Below, piece by piece: positions 1 through 14,799 of a stretch of DNA of 50,779 nucleotides. The notes beneath the pieces were generated by a model. It did no database searches. It had not been told where the DNA came from and saw only the letters and a list, made by a program, of their open reading frames with translations. The stretch lies in NCBI GenBank assembly GCA_002269645.1, contig NIVC01004314.1:1-50779 (forward strand), in the 5' to 3' direction. Within the stretch, counting starts at the first letter, position 1, and the number at the start of each line of letters is the position of its first letter. The position numbers and the translations under genes are program-made. The DNA comes from Macrostomum lignano (taxonomy: Eukaryota).

Positions 1-1172
1 GTAGAGACAGGGCAGAATGGTAGAGACAGGCAGTATGGTAGAGACAGGGCAGTATGGTAGAGACAGGGCAGATGGTAGAGACAGGCAGAATGGTGAGACA
101 GGGCAGAATGGTAGAGACAGGGCAGTATGGTAGAACAGGCAGTATGGTAGAGACAGGGCAGAATGGTAGAGACAGGGCAGAATGGTAGAGACAGGGCAGA
201 ATGGTAGAGACAGGGCAGAATGGTAGAGACAGGGCAGAATGGTAGAGACAGGGTAGAATGGTTAGAGACAGGGCAGAATGGTAGAGACAGGGTAGAATGG
301 TAGAGACAGGGCAGAATGGTAGAGACAGGGCAGTTATTGGTAGAGAAAGGGCAGAATGGTAGAGACAGGGCAGAATGGTAGAGACAGGGCAGTATGGTAG
401 AGACAGGGCAGTATGGTAGAGACAGGGCAGAATGGTAGAGACAGGGCAGAATGGTAGAGACAGGCAGAATGGTAGAGACAGGGCAGAATGGTAGAGACAG
501 GGCAGAATGGTAGAGACAGGGCAGAATGGTAGAGACAGGGTAGAATGGTAGAGACAGGGCAGAATGGTAGAGACAGGGTAGAATGGTAGAGACAGGGCAG
601 AATGGTAGAGACAGGGAGAATGGTAGAGACATGGTAGAATGGTAGAGACAGGGTAGAATGGTAGAGACAGGGCAGTATGGTAGAAACAGGGCAGTATGGT
701 AGACACAGGGCAGAATGGTAGAGACAGGCAGAATGGTAGAGACAGGGCAGAATGGTAGAGACAGGGCAGAATGGTAGAGACAGGGCAGAATGGTAGAGAC
801 AGGGCAGAATGGTAGAGACAGGGCAGAATGGTAGAAACAGGGCAGTATGGTAGAGACAGGCAGAATGGTAGAGACAGGGCAGAATGGTAGAGACAGGGCA
901 GAATGGTAGAGACAGGGCAGAATGGTAGAGACAGGGCAGAATGGTAGAGAAAGGGCAGAATGGTAGAGACAGGGCAGAATGGTAGAGACAGGGTAGAATG
1001 GTAGAGACAGGGCAGAATGGTAGAGACAGGGTAGAATGGTAGAGACAGGGCAGAATGGTAGAGACAGGGTAGAATGGTAGAGACAGGGTAGAATGGTAGA
1101 GACAGGGTAGAATGGTAGAGACAGGGTAGAATGGTAGAGACAGGTAGAATGGTAGAGACAGGGCAGTTATTG
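1..1172 (+). repeat. 19-bp purine-rich minisatellite (GGTAGAGACAGGGCAGAAT)n, about 60 copies, truncated by the window start
   Basis: The unit recurs with period 19. Variants are gggcag/gggtag and agaat/agtat, plus single-base indels. Confidence 0.97.
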
Positions 1173-1642
1173 GTAAAAATATTGCTCTTCACCTTCACTT
1201 ACCATTAACTGGAATCGATCAGACGCGGCGAGCTCTTTCTCAAACGACTTTTGCCGCTTAGCGACGTCATAGCATTTGCCTTTGCGGCTTATCAGCTGTT
1301 TTATGAACTCCAATTGTTTGGACATTTGGGTTAATTTATTGAAAAAATGAAATTAATTGACAAATAGAAATCTGGCTTTTTGAAAGGCCAACTGAAGTCC
1401 CATTTTATATGAAGCGGCAGTTTGACATCAACAAGTTCACTCTAATTTTCATTGGTTCGGAATGGGGTGGTCAAAATATTTCACGTTCATAGTACGTGTC
1501 AAATCCACTATGCTTTTAGACTCAAAGGGGTGGACTGCTTCATTTCAGTAGTGACTCATTTTGACACAAATTACTTTGATTCAAAATGAAACATGCGCAT
1601 TAACCAGCATGAAACATACATTAGGTACAATATGCCCACTCA

Positions 1643-1697
1643 CATTCACAGCCTCATTCACAGCCTCATTCACTGCCTCATTCACAGCCTCACAGCC
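1643..1697 (+). repeat. Short 12-bp tandem repeat (CACAGCCTCATT)x~4
   Basis: Directly visible. It produces the FTASFTAS run in ORF 1561-1773. Confidence 0.85.
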
Positions 1698-2473
1698 AGA
1701 CTCACTGATCGACCCTAATCCAGTTTGGGTTTCGAATACTCAGTTATTTCTGCATTTTCAATTCATTGAGTAGCTCTGTGAGATCCGCTGCTGTCAATAT
1801 ACAGTGGGCAGTGGATAAAAAATAAATGACACACAATGAATTGGATAGGAATTAAATGAATGATGCAAAATAGAAATTCGAGAAATAGATTAAATATGCA
1901 AGAAAAAGACGTATATGCTCAAAAATTAGGATGAAGTCAGTCATCAACAAATCAAAGAGTAGATAAAATTTCTCTTTGGTGACTAAATAAAGTTTACAAT
2001 TTTACATATTTGGAACTGCTTGACACTATTCTTTACGATAATGGCGCAATCATAAGTTTGGTGCAACAAATTTGCTTAGATAGGTGTCTTCCACCATGAA
2101 CCACCCATCACTGTCACCGAGCATTGCGCAATCTTGAGCATACCCAAGAGCACGTATTTGCTTTTAAGCAATCGTGAGAACTGCGATTCTTATCTTTACT
2201 CAAATCCAGCTACAGTGGAAAGATCGAGAAAAGCGCGAAACACACCTCCAAACAAACCGCTGTGCATAATACAAAACAATATATAATAAAAAGTGGAACG
2301 CTCACAGCAGGTGACCAAACCAAAAGTAAAAGCAAAGCCCAATTGTATTTTGATAAAAAGCCATTACTAAAGAAGCTGGCGAAATATTTCTGAGCTAACC
2401 TGTCAATATCAAGTATAAGTTAAAATGTACGAGCGCAGTAAATTCAAACATGGATTTAAACTATAGCGGCGCT

Positions 2474-5400
2474 CTGTCAATATATAGAATTAAATGGAGA
2501 GCTTAGAAATGACACTCAATGGGCTGATATACACAGGTGCAAAGATGACGCAGAGCCCGCTACTCTCAGCATCTCTAACTAGCCCTGTCGCTGTCAATAT
2601 ATAGAATTAAATGGAGAGCTTAGAAATGACACTCAATGGGGCTGATATACACAGGTGCAAAGATGACGCAGAGCCCGCTACTCTCAGCATCTCTAACTAG
2701 CCCTGTCGCTGTCAATATATAGAATTAAATGGAGAGCTTAGAAATGACACTCAATGGGGCTGATATACACAGGTGCAAAGATGACGCAGAGCCCGCTACT
2801 CTCAGCATCTCTAACTAGCCCTGTCGCTGTCAATATATAGAATTAAATGGAGAGCTTAGAAATGACACTCAATGGGGCTGATATACACAGGTGCAAAGAT
2901 GACGCAGAGCCCGCTACTCTCAGCATCTCTAACTAGCCCTGTCGCTGTCAATATATAGAATTAAATGGAGAGCTTAGAAATGACACTCAATGGGGCTGAT
3001 ATACACAGGTGCAAAGATGACGCAGAGCCCGCTACTCTCAGCATCTCTAACTAGCCCTGTCGCTGTCAATATATAGAATTAAATGGAGAGCTTAGAAATG
3101 ACACTCAATGGGGCTGATATACACAGGTGCAAAGATGACGCAGAGCCCGCTACTCTCAGCATCTCTAACTAGCCCTGTCGCTGTCAATATATAGAATTAA
3201 ATGGAGAGCTTAGAAATGACACTCAATGGGGCTGATATACACAGGTGCAAAGATGACGCAGAGCCCGCTACTCTCAGCATCTCTAACTAGCCCTGTCGCT
3301 GTCAATATATAGAATTAAATGGAGAGCTTAGAAATGACACTCAATGGGGCTGATATACACAGGTGCAAAGATGACGCAGAGCCCGCTACTCTCAGCATCT
3401 CTAACTAGCCCTGTCGCTGTCAATATATAGAATTAAATGGAGAGCTTAGAAATGACACTCAATGGGGCTGATATACACAGGTGCAAAGATGACGCAGAGC
3501 CCGCTACTCTCAGCATCTCTAACTAGCCCTGTCGCTGTCAATATATAGAATTAAATGGAGAGCTTAGAAATGACACTCAATGGGGCTGATATACACAGGT
3601 GCAAAGATGACGCAGAGCCCGCTACTCTCAGCATCTCTAACTAGCCCTGTCGCTGTCAATATATAGAATTAAATGGAGAGCTTAGAAATGACACTCAATG
3701 GGGCTGATATACACAGGTGCAAAGATGACGCAGAGCCCGCTACTCTCAGCATCTCTAACTAGCCCTGTCGCTGTCAATATATAGAATTAAATGGAGAGCT
3801 TAGAAATGACACTCAATGGGGCTGATATACACAGGTGCAAAGATGACGCAGAGCCCGCTACTCTCAGCATCTCTAACTAGCCCTGTCGCTGTCAATATAT
3901 AGAATTAAATGGAGAGCTTAGAAATGACACTCAATGGGGCTGATATACACAGGTGCAAAGATGACGCAGAGCCCGCTACTCTCAGCATCTCTAACTAGCC
4001 CTGTCGCTGTCAATATATAGAATTAAATGGAGAGCTTAGAAATGACACTCAATGGGGCTGATATACACAGGTGCAAAGATGACGCAGAGCCCGCTACTCT
4101 CAGCATCTCTAACTAGCCCTGTCGCTGTCAATATATAGAATTAAATGGAGAGCTTAGAAATGACACTCAATGGGGCTGATATACACAGGTGCAAAGATGA
4201 CGCAGAGCCCGCTACTCTCAGCATCTCTAACTAGCCCTGTCGCTGTCAATATATAGAATTAAATGGAGAGCTTAGAAATGACACTCAATGGGGCTGATAT
4301 ACACAGGTGCAAAGATGACGCAGAGCCCGCTACTCTCAGCATCTCTAACTAGCCCTGTCGCTGTCAATATATAGAATTAAATGGAGAGCTTAGAAATGAC
4401 ACTCAATGGGGCTGATATACACAGGTGCAAAGATGACGCAGAGCCCGCTACTCTCAGCATCTCTAACTAGCCCTGTCGCTGTCAATATATAGAATTAAAT
4501 GGAGAGCTTAGAAATGACACTCAATGGGGCTGATATACACAGGTGCAAAGATGACGCAGAGCCCGCTACTCTCAGCATCTCTAACTAGCCCTGTCGCTGT
4601 CAATATATAGAATTAAATGGAGAGCTTAGAAATGACACTCAATGGGGCTGATATACACAGGTGCAAAGATGACGCAGAGCCCGCTACTCTCAGCATCTCT
4701 AACTAGCCCTGTCGCTGTCAATATATAGAATTAAATGGAGAGCTTAGAAATGACACTCAATGGGGCTGATATACACAGGTGCAAAGATGACGCAGAGCCC
4801 GCTACTCTCAGCATCTCTAACTAGCCCTGTCGCTGTCAATATATAGAATTAAATGGAGAGCTTAGAAATGACACTCAATGGGGCTGATATACACAGGTGC
4901 AAAGATGACGCAGAGCCCGCTACTCTCAGCATCTCTAACTAGCCCTGTCGCTGTCAATATATAGAATTAAATGGAGAGCTTAGAAATGACACTCAATGGG
5001 GCTGATATACACAGGTGCAAAGATGACGCAGAGCCCGCTACTCTCAGCATCTCTAACTAGCCCTGTCGCTGTCAATATATAGAATTAAATGAGAGCTTAG
5101 AAATGACACTCAATGGGGCTGATATACACAGGTGCAAAGATGACGCAGAGCCCGCTACTCTCAGCATCTCTAACTAGCCCTGTCGCTGTCAATATATAGA
5201 ATTAAATGGAGAGCTTAGAAATGACACTCAATGGGGCTGATATACACAGGTGCAAAGATGACGCAGAGCCCGCTACTCTCAGCATCTCTAACTAGCCCTG
5301 TCGCTGTCAATATATAGAATTAAATGGAGAGCTTAGAAATGACACTCAATGGGGCTGATATACACAGGTGCAAAGATGACGCAGAGCCCGCTACTCTCAG

Positions 5401-8400
5401 CATCTCTAACTAGCCCTGTCGCTGTCAATATATAGAATTAAATGGAGAGCTTAGAAATGACACTCAATGGGGCTGATATACACAGGTGCAAAGATGACGC
5501 AGAGCCCGCTACTCTCAGCATCTCTAACTAGCCCTGTCGCTGTCAATATATAGAATTAAATGGAGAGCTTAGAAATGACACTCAATGGGGCTGATATACA
5601 CAGGTGCAAAGATGACGCAGAGCCGCTACTCTCAGCATCTCTAACTAGCCCTGTCGCTGTCAATATATAGAATTAAATGGAGAGCTTAGAAATGACACTC
5701 AATGGGGCTGATATACACAGGTGCAAAGATGACGCAGAGCCCGCTACTCTCAGCATCTCTAACTAGCCCTGTCGCTGTCAATATATAGAATTAAATGGAG
5801 AGCTTAGAAATGACACTCAATGGGGCTGATATACACAGGTGCAAAGATGACGCAGAGCCCGCTACTCTCAGCATCTCTAACTAGCCCTGTCGCTGTCAAT
5901 ATATAGAATTAAATGGAGAGCTTAGAAATGACACTCAATGGGGCTGATATACACAGGTGCAAAGATGACGCAGAGCCCGCTACTCTCAGCATCTCTAACT
6001 AGCCCTGTCGCTGTCAATATATAGAATTAAATGGAGAGCTTAGAAATGACACTCAATGGGGCTGATATACACAGGTGCAAAGATGACGCAGAGCCCGCTA
6101 CTCTCAGCATCTCTAACTAGCCCTGTCGCTGTCAATATATAGAATTAAATGGAGAGCTTAGAAATGACACTCAATGGGGCTGATATACACAGGTGCAAAG
6201 ATGACGCAGAGCCCGCTACTCTCAGCATCTCTAACTAGCCCTGTCGCTGTCAATATATAGAATTAAATGGAGAGCTTAGAAATGACACTCAATGGGGCTG
6301 ATATACACAGGTGCAAAGATGACGCAGAGCCCGCTACTCTCAGCATCTCTAACTAGCCCTGTCGCTGTCAATATATAGAATTAAATGGAGAGCTTAGAAA
6401 TGACACTCAATGGGGCTGATATACACAGGTGCAAAGATGACGCAGAGCCCGCTACTCTCAGCATCTCTAACTAGCCCTGTCGCTGTCAATATATAGAATT
6501 AAATGGAGAGCTTAGAAATGACACTCAATGGGGCTGATATACACAGGTGCAAAGATGACGCAGAGCCCGCTACTCTCAGCATCTCTAACTAGCCCTGTCG
6601 CTGTCAATATATAGAATTAAATGGAGAGCTTAGAAATGACACTCAATGGGGCTGATATACACAGGTGCAAAGATGACGCAGAGCCCGCTACTCTCAGCAT
6701 CTCTAACTAGCCCTGTCGCTGTCAATATATAGAATTAAATATGGAGAGCTTAGAAATGACACTCAATGGGGCTGATATACACAGGTGCAAAGATGACGCA
6801 GAGCCCCGCTACTCTCAGCATCTCTAACTAGCCCTGTCGCTGTCAATATATAGAATTAAATGGAGAGCTTAGAAATGACACTCAATGGGGCTGATATACA
6901 CAGGTGCAAAGATGACGCAGAGCCCGCTACTCTCAGCATCTCTAACTAGCCCTGTCGCTGTCAATATATAGAATTAAATGGAGAGCTTAGAAATGACACT
7001 CAATGGGGCTGATATACACAGGTGCAAAGATGACGCAGAGCCCGCTACTCTCAGCATCTCTAACTAGCCCTGTCGCTGTCAATATATAGAATTAAATGGA
7101 GAGCTTAGAAATGACACTCAATGGGGCTGATATACACAGGTGCAAAGATGACGCAGAGCCCGCTACTCTCAGCATCTCTAACTAGCCCTGTCGCTGTCAA
7201 TATATAGAATTAAATGGAGAGCTTAGAAATGACACTCAATGGGGCTGATATACACAGGTGCAAAGATGACGCAGAGCCCGCTACTCTCAGCATCTCTAAC
7301 TAGCCCTGTCGCTGTCAATATATAGAATTAAATGGAGAGCTTAGAAATGACACTCAATGGGGCTGATATACACAGGTGCAAAGATGACGCAGAGCCCGCT
7401 ACTCTCAGCATCTCTAACTAGCCCTGTCGCTGTCAATATATAGAATTAAATGGAGAGCTTAGAAATGACACTCAATGGGGCTGATATACACAGGTGCAAA
7501 GATGACGCAGAGCCCGCTACTCTCAGCATCTCTAACTAGCCCTGTCGCTGTCAATATATAGAATTAAATGGAGAGCTTAGAAATGACACTCAATGGGGCT
7601 GATATACACAGGTGCAAAGATGACGCAGAGCCCGCTACTCTCAGCATCTCTAACTAGCCCTGTCGCTGTCAATATATAGAATTAAATGGAGAGCTTAGAA
7701 ATGACACTCAATGGGGCTGATATACACAGGTGCAAAGATGACGCAGAGCCCGCTACTCTCAGCATCTCTAACTAGCCCTGTCGCTGTCAATATATAGAAT
7801 TAAATGGAGAGCTTAGAAATGACACTCAATGGGGCTGATATACACAGGTGCAAAGATGACGCAGAGCCCGCTACTCTCAGCATCTCTAACTAGCCCTGTC
7901 GCTGTCAATATATAGAATTAAATGGAGAGCTTAGAAATGACACTCAATGGGGCTGATATACACAGGTGCAAAGATGACGCAGAGCCCGCTACTCTCAGCA
8001 TCTCTAACTAGCCCTGTCGCTGTCAATATATAGAATTAAATGGAGAGCTTAGAAATGACACTCAATGGGGCTGATATACACAGGTGCAAAGATGACGCAG
8101 AGCCCGCTACTCTCAGCATCTCTAACTAGCCCTGTCGCTGTCAATATATAGAATTAAATGGAGAGCTTAGAAATGACACTCAATGGGGCTGATATACACA
8201 GGTGCAAAGATGACGCAGAGCCCGCTACTCTCAGCATCTCTAACTAGCCCTGTCGCTGTCAATATATAGAATTAAATGGAGAGCTTAGAAATGACACTCA
8301 ATGGGGCTGATATACACAGGTGCAAAGATGACGCAGAGCCCGCTACTCTCAGCATCTCTAACTAGCCCTGTCGCTGTCAATATATAGAATTAAATGGAGA

Positions 8401-11400
8401 GCTTAGAAATGACACTCAATGGGGCTGATATACACAGGTGCAAAGATGACGCAGAGCCCGCTACTCTCAGCATCTCTAACTAGCCCTGTCGCTGTCAATA
8501 TATAGAATTAAATGGAGAGCTTAGAAATGACACTCAATGGGGCTGATATACACAGGTGCAAAGATGACGCAGAGCCCGCTACTCTCAGCATCTCTAACTA
8601 GCCCTGTCGCTGTCAATATATAGAATTAAATGGAGAGCTTAGAAATGACACTCAATGGGGCTGATATACACAGGTGCAAAGATGACGCAGAGCCCGCTAC
8701 TCTCAGCATCTCTAACTAGCCCTGTCGCTGTCAATATATAGAATTAAATGGAGAGCTTAGAAATGACACTCAATGGGGCTGATATACACAGGTGCAAAGA
8801 TGACGCAGAGCCCGCTACTCTCAGCATCTCTAACTAGCCCTGTCGCTGTCAATATATAGAATTAAATGGAGAGCTTAGAAATGACACTCAATGGGGCTGA
8901 TATACACAGGTGCAAAGATGACGCAGAGCCCGCTACTCTCAGCATCTCTAACTAGCCCTGTCGCTGTCAATATATAGAATTAAATGGAGAGCTTAGAAAT
9001 GACACTCAATGGGGCTGATATACACAGGTGCAAAGATGACGCAGAGCCCGCTACTCTCAGCATCTCTAACTAGCCCTGTCGCTGTCAATATATAGAATTA
9101 AATGGAGAGCTTAGAAATGACACTCAATGGGGCTGATATACACAGGTGCAAAGATGACGCAGAGCCCGCTACTCTCAGCATCTCTAACTAGCCCTGTCGC
9201 TGTCAATATATAGAATTAAATGGAGAGCTTAGAAATGACACTCAATGGGGCTGATATACACAGGTGCAAAGATGACGCAGAGCCCGCTACTCTCAGCATC
9301 TCTAACTAGCCCTGTCGCTGTCAATATATAGAATTAAATGGAGAGCTTAGAAATGACACTCAATGGGGCTGATATACACAGGTGCAAAGATGACGCAGAG
9401 CCCGCTACTCTCAGCATCTCTAACTAGCCCTGTCGCTGTCAATATATAGAATTAAATGGAGAGCTTAGAAATGACACTCAATGGGGCTGATATACACAGG
9501 TGCAAAGATGACGCAGAGCCCGCTACTCTCAGCATCTCTAACTAGCCCTGTCGCTGTCAATATATAGAATTAAATGGAGAGCTTAGAAATGACACTCAAT
9601 GGGGCTGATATACACAGGTGCAAAGATGACGCAGAGCCCGCTCTCAGCTCTCTAACTCCGCTGTCAATATATAGAATTAAATGGAGAGCTTAGAAATGAC
9701 ACTCAATGGGGCTGATATACACAGGTGCAAAGATGACGCAGAGCCCGCTACTCTCAGCATCTCTAACTAGCCCTGTCGCTGTCAATATATAGAATTAAAT
9801 GGAGAGCTTAGAAATGACACTCAATGGGGCTGATATACACAGGTGCAAAGATGACGCAGAGCCCGCTACTCTCAGCATCTCTAACTAGCCCTGTCGCTGT
9901 CAATATATAGAATTAAATGGAGAGCTTAGAAATGACACTCAATGGGGCTGATATACACAGGTGCAAAGATGACGCAGAGCCCGCTACTCTCAGCATCTCT
10001 AACTAGCCCTGTCGCTGTCAATATATAGAATTAAATGGAGAGCTTAGAAATGACACTCAATGGGGCTGATATACACAGGTGCAAAGATGACGCAGAGCCG
10101 CTACTCTCAGCATCTCTAACTAGCCCTGTCGCTGTCAATATATAGAATTAAATGGAGAGCTTAGAAATGACACTCAATGGGGCTGATATACACAGGTGCA
10201 AAGATGACGCAGAGCCCGCTACTCTCAGCATCTCTAACTAGCCCTGTCGCTGTCAATATATAGAATTAAATGGAGAGCTTAGAAATGACACTCAATGGGG
10301 CTGATATACACAGGTGCAAAGATGACGCAGAGCCCGCTACTCTCAGCATCTCTAACTAGCCCTGTCGCTGTCAATATATAGAATTAAATGGAGAGCTTAG
10401 AAATGACACTCAATGGGGCTGATATACACAGGTGCAAAGATGACGCAGAGCCCGCTACTCTCAGCATCTCTAACTAGCCCTGTCGCTGTCAATATATAGA
10501 ATTAAATGGAGAGCTTAGAAATGACACTCAATGGGGCTGATATACACAGGTGCAAAGATGACGCAGAGCCCGCTACTCTCAGCATCTCTAACTAGCCCTG
10601 TCGCTGTCAATATATAGAATTAAATGGAGAGCTTAGAAATGACACTCAATGGGGCTGATATACACAGGTGCAAAGATGACGCAGAGCCCGCTACTCTCAG
10701 CATCTCTAACTAGCCCTGTCGCTGTCAATATATAGAATTAAATGGAGAGCTTAGAAATGACACTCAATGGGGCTGATATACACAGGTGCAAAGATGACGC
10801 AGAGCCCGCTACTCTCAGCATCTCTAACTAGCCCTGTCGCTGTCAATATATAGAATTAAATGGAGAGCTTAGAAATGACACTCAATGGGGCTGATATACA
10901 CAGGTGCAAAGATGACGCAGAGCCCGCTACTCTCAGCATCTCTAACTAGCCCTGTCGCTGTCAATATATAGAATTAAATGGAGAGCTTAGAAATGACACT
11001 CAATGGGGCTGATATACACAGGTGCAAAGATGACGCAGAGCCCGCTACTCTCAGCATCTCTAACTAGCCCTGTCGCTGTCAATATATAGAATTAAATGGA
11101 GAGCTTAGAAATGACACTCAATGGGGCTGATATACACAGGTGCAAAGATGACGCAGAGCCCGCTACTCTCAGCATCTCTAACTAGCCCTGTCGCTGTCAA
11201 TATATAGAATTAAATGGAGAGCTTAGAAATGACACTCAATGGGGCTGATATACACAGGTGCAAAGATGACGCAGAGCCCGCTACTCTCAGCATCTCTAAC
11301 TAGCCCTGTCGCTGTCAATATATAGAATTAAATGGAGAGCTTAGAAATGACACTCAATGGGGCTGATATACACAGGTGCAAAGATGACGCAGAGCCCGCT

Positions 11401-14400
11401 ACTCTCAGCATCTCTAACTAGCCCTGTCGCTGTCAATATATAGAATTAAATGGAGAGCTTAGAAATGACACTCAATGGGGCTGATATACACAGGTGCAAA
11501 GATGACGCAGAGCCCGCTACTCTCAGCATCTCTAACTAGCCCTGTCGCTGTCAATATATAGAATTAAATGGAGAGCTTAGAAATGACACTCAATGGGGCT
11601 GATATACACAGGTGCAAAGATGACGCAGAGCCCGCTACTCTCAGCATCTCTAACTAGCCCTGTCGCTGTCAATATATAGAATTAAATGGAGAGCTTAGAA
11701 ATGACACTCAATGGGGCTGATATACACAGGTGCAAAGATGACGCAGAGCCCGCTACTCTCAGCATCTCTAACTAGCCCTGTCGCTGTCAATATATAGAAT
11801 TAAATGGAGAGCTTAGAAATGACACTCAATGGGGCTGATATACACAGGTGCAAAGATGACGCAGAGCCCGCTACTCTCAGCATCTCTAACTAGCCCTGTC
11901 GCTGTCAATATATAGAATTAAATGGAGAGCTTAGAAATGACACTCAATGGGGCTGATATACACAGGTGCAAAGATGACGCAGAGCCCGCTACTCTCAGCA
12001 TCTCTAACTAGCCCTGTCGCTGTCAATATATAGAATTAAATGGAGAGCTTAGAAATGACACTCAATGGGGCTGATATACACAGGTGCAAAGATGACGCAG
12101 AGCCCGCTACTCTCAGCATCTCTAACTAGCCCTGTCGCTGTCAATATATAGAATTAAATGGAGAGCTTAGAAATGACACTCAATGGGGCTGATATACACA
12201 GGTGCAAAGATGACGCAGAGCCCGCTACTCTCAGCATCTCTAACTAGCCCTGTCGCTGTCAATATATAGAATTAAATGGAGAGCTTAGAAATGACACTCA
12301 ATGGGGCTGATATACACAGGTGCAAAGATGACGCAGAGCCCGCTACTCTCAGCATCTCTAACTAGCCCTGTCGCTGTCAATATATAGAATTAAATGGAGA
12401 GCTTAGAAATGACACTCAATGGGGCTGATATACACAGGTGCAAAGATGACGCAGAGCCCGCTACTCTCAGCATCTCTAACTAGCCCTGTCGCTGTCAATA
12501 TATAGAATTAAATGGAGAGCTTAGAAATGACACTCAATGGGGCTGATATACACAGGTGCAAAGATGACGCAGAGCCCGCTACTCTCAGCATCTCTAACTA
12601 GCCCTGTCGCTGTCAATATATAGAATTAAATGGAGAGCTTAGAAATGACACTCAATGGGGCTGATATACACAGGTGCAAAGATGACGCAGAGCCCGCTAC
12701 TCTCAGCATCTCTAACTAGCCCTGTCGCTGTCAATATATAGAATTAAATGGAGAGCTTAGAAATGACACTCAATGGGGCTGATATACACAGGTGCAAAGA
12801 TGACGCAGAGCCCGCTACTCTCAGCATCTCTAACTAGCCCTGTCGCTGTCAATATATAGAATTAAATGGAGAGCTTAGAAATGACACTCAATGGGGCTGA
12901 TATACACAGGTGCAAAGATGACGCAGAGCCCGCTACTCTCAGCATCTCTAACTAGCCCTGTCGCTGTCAATATATAGAATTAAATGGAGAGCTTAGAAAT
13001 GACACTCAATGGGGCTGATATACACAGGTGCAAAGATGACGCAGAGCCCGCTACTCTCAGCATCTCTAACTAGCCCTGTCGCTGTCAATATATAGAATTA
13101 AATGGAGAGCTTAGAAATGACACTCAATGGGGCTGATATACACAGGTGCAAAGATGACGCAGAGCCCGCTACTCTCAGCATCTCTAACTAGCCCTGTCGC
13201 TGTCAATATATAGAATTAAATGGAGAGCTTAGAAATGACACTCAATGGGGCTGATATACACAGGTGCAAAGATGACGCAGAGCCCGCTACTCTCAGCATC
13301 TCTAACTAGCCCTGTCGCTGTCAATATATAGAATTAAATGGAGAGCTTAGAAATGACACTCAATGGGGCTGATATACACAGGTGCAAAGATGACGCAGAG
13401 CCCGCTACTCTCAGCATCTCTAACTAGCCCTGTCGCTGTCAATATATAGAATTAAATGGAGAGCTTAGAAATGACACTCAATGGGGCTGATATACACAGG
13501 TGCAAAGATGACGCAGAGCCCGCTACTCTCAGCATCTCTAACTAGCCCTGTCGCTGTCAATATATAGAATTAAATGGAGAGCTTAGAAATGACACTCAAT
13601 GGGGCTGATATACACAGGTGCAAAGATGACGCAGAGCCCGCTACTCTCAGCATCTCTAACTAGCCCTGTCGCTGTCAATATATAGAATTAAATGGAGAGC
13701 TTAGAAATGACACTCAATGGGGCTGATATACACAGGTGCAAAGATGACGCAGAGCCCGCTACTCTCAGCATCTCTAACTAGCCCTGTCGCTGTCAATATA
13801 TAGAATTAAATGGAGAGCTTAGAAATGACACTCAATGGGGCTGATATACACAGGTGCAAAGATGACGCAGAGCCCGCTACTCTCAGCATCTCTAACTAGC
13901 CCTGTCGCTGTCAATATATAGAATTAAATGGAGAGCTTAGAAATGACACTCAATGGGGCTGATATACACAGGTGCAAAGATGACGCAGAGCCCGCTACTC
14001 TCAGCATCTCTAACTAGCCCTGTCGCTGTCAATATATAGAATTAAATGGAGAGCTTAGAAATGACACTCAATGGGGCTGATATACACAGGTGCAAAGATG
14101 ACGCAGAGCCCGCTACTCTCAGCATCTCTAACTAGCCCTGTCGCTGTCAATATATAGAATTAAATGGAGAGCTTAGAAATGACACTCAATGGGGCTGATA
14201 TACACAGGTGCAAAGATGACGCAGAGCCGCTACTCAGCATCTCTAACTAGCCCTGTCGCTGTCAATATATAGAATTAAATGGAGAGCTTAGAAATGACAC
14301 TCAATGGGGCTGATATACACAGGTGCAAAGATGACGCAGAGCCGCTACTCTCAGCATCTCTAACTAGCCCTGTCGCTGTCAATATATAGAATTAAATGGA

Positions 14401-14799
14401 GAGCTTAGAAATGACACTCAATGGGGCTGATATACACAGGTGCAAAGATGACGCAGAGCCCGCTACTCTCAGCATCTCTAACTAGCCCTGTCGCTGTCAA
14501 TATATAGAATTAAATGGAGAGCTTAGAAATGACACTCAATGGGGCTGATATACACAGGTGCAAAGATGACGCAGAGCCGCTACACTCAGCATCTCTAACT
14601 AGCCCTGTCGCTGTCAATATATAGAATTAAATGGAGAGCTTAGAAATGACACTCAATGGGGCTGATATACACAGGTGCAAAGATGACGCAGAGCCCGCTA
14701 CTCTCAGCATCTCTAACTAGCCCTGTCGCTGTCAATATATAGAATTAAATGGAGAGCTTAGAAATGACACTCAATGGGGCTGATATACGCAGGTGCAAA
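2474..14799 (+). repeat. 118-bp satellite array, about 104 near-identical copies
   Basis: Unit CTGTCAATATATAGAATTAAATGGAGAGCTTAGAAATGACACTCAATGGGGCTGATATACACAGGTGCAAAGATGACGCAGAGCCCGCTACTCTCAGCATCTCTAACTAGCCCTGTCG, with period 118 (e.g. 2581, 2699, 2817). The rare deviations are mostly small indels. Confidence 0.99.

Noticed and set aside
2474-14799. CRISPR array, or a tandem 5S rRNA/SL-RNA/snRNA gene array (the unit length is close to 5S)
   Set aside because: The units are contiguous and identical with no spacers. There is no resemblance to 5S or to recalled flatworm SL sequences on either strand, and no Pol III A/B boxes or T4+ terminators.
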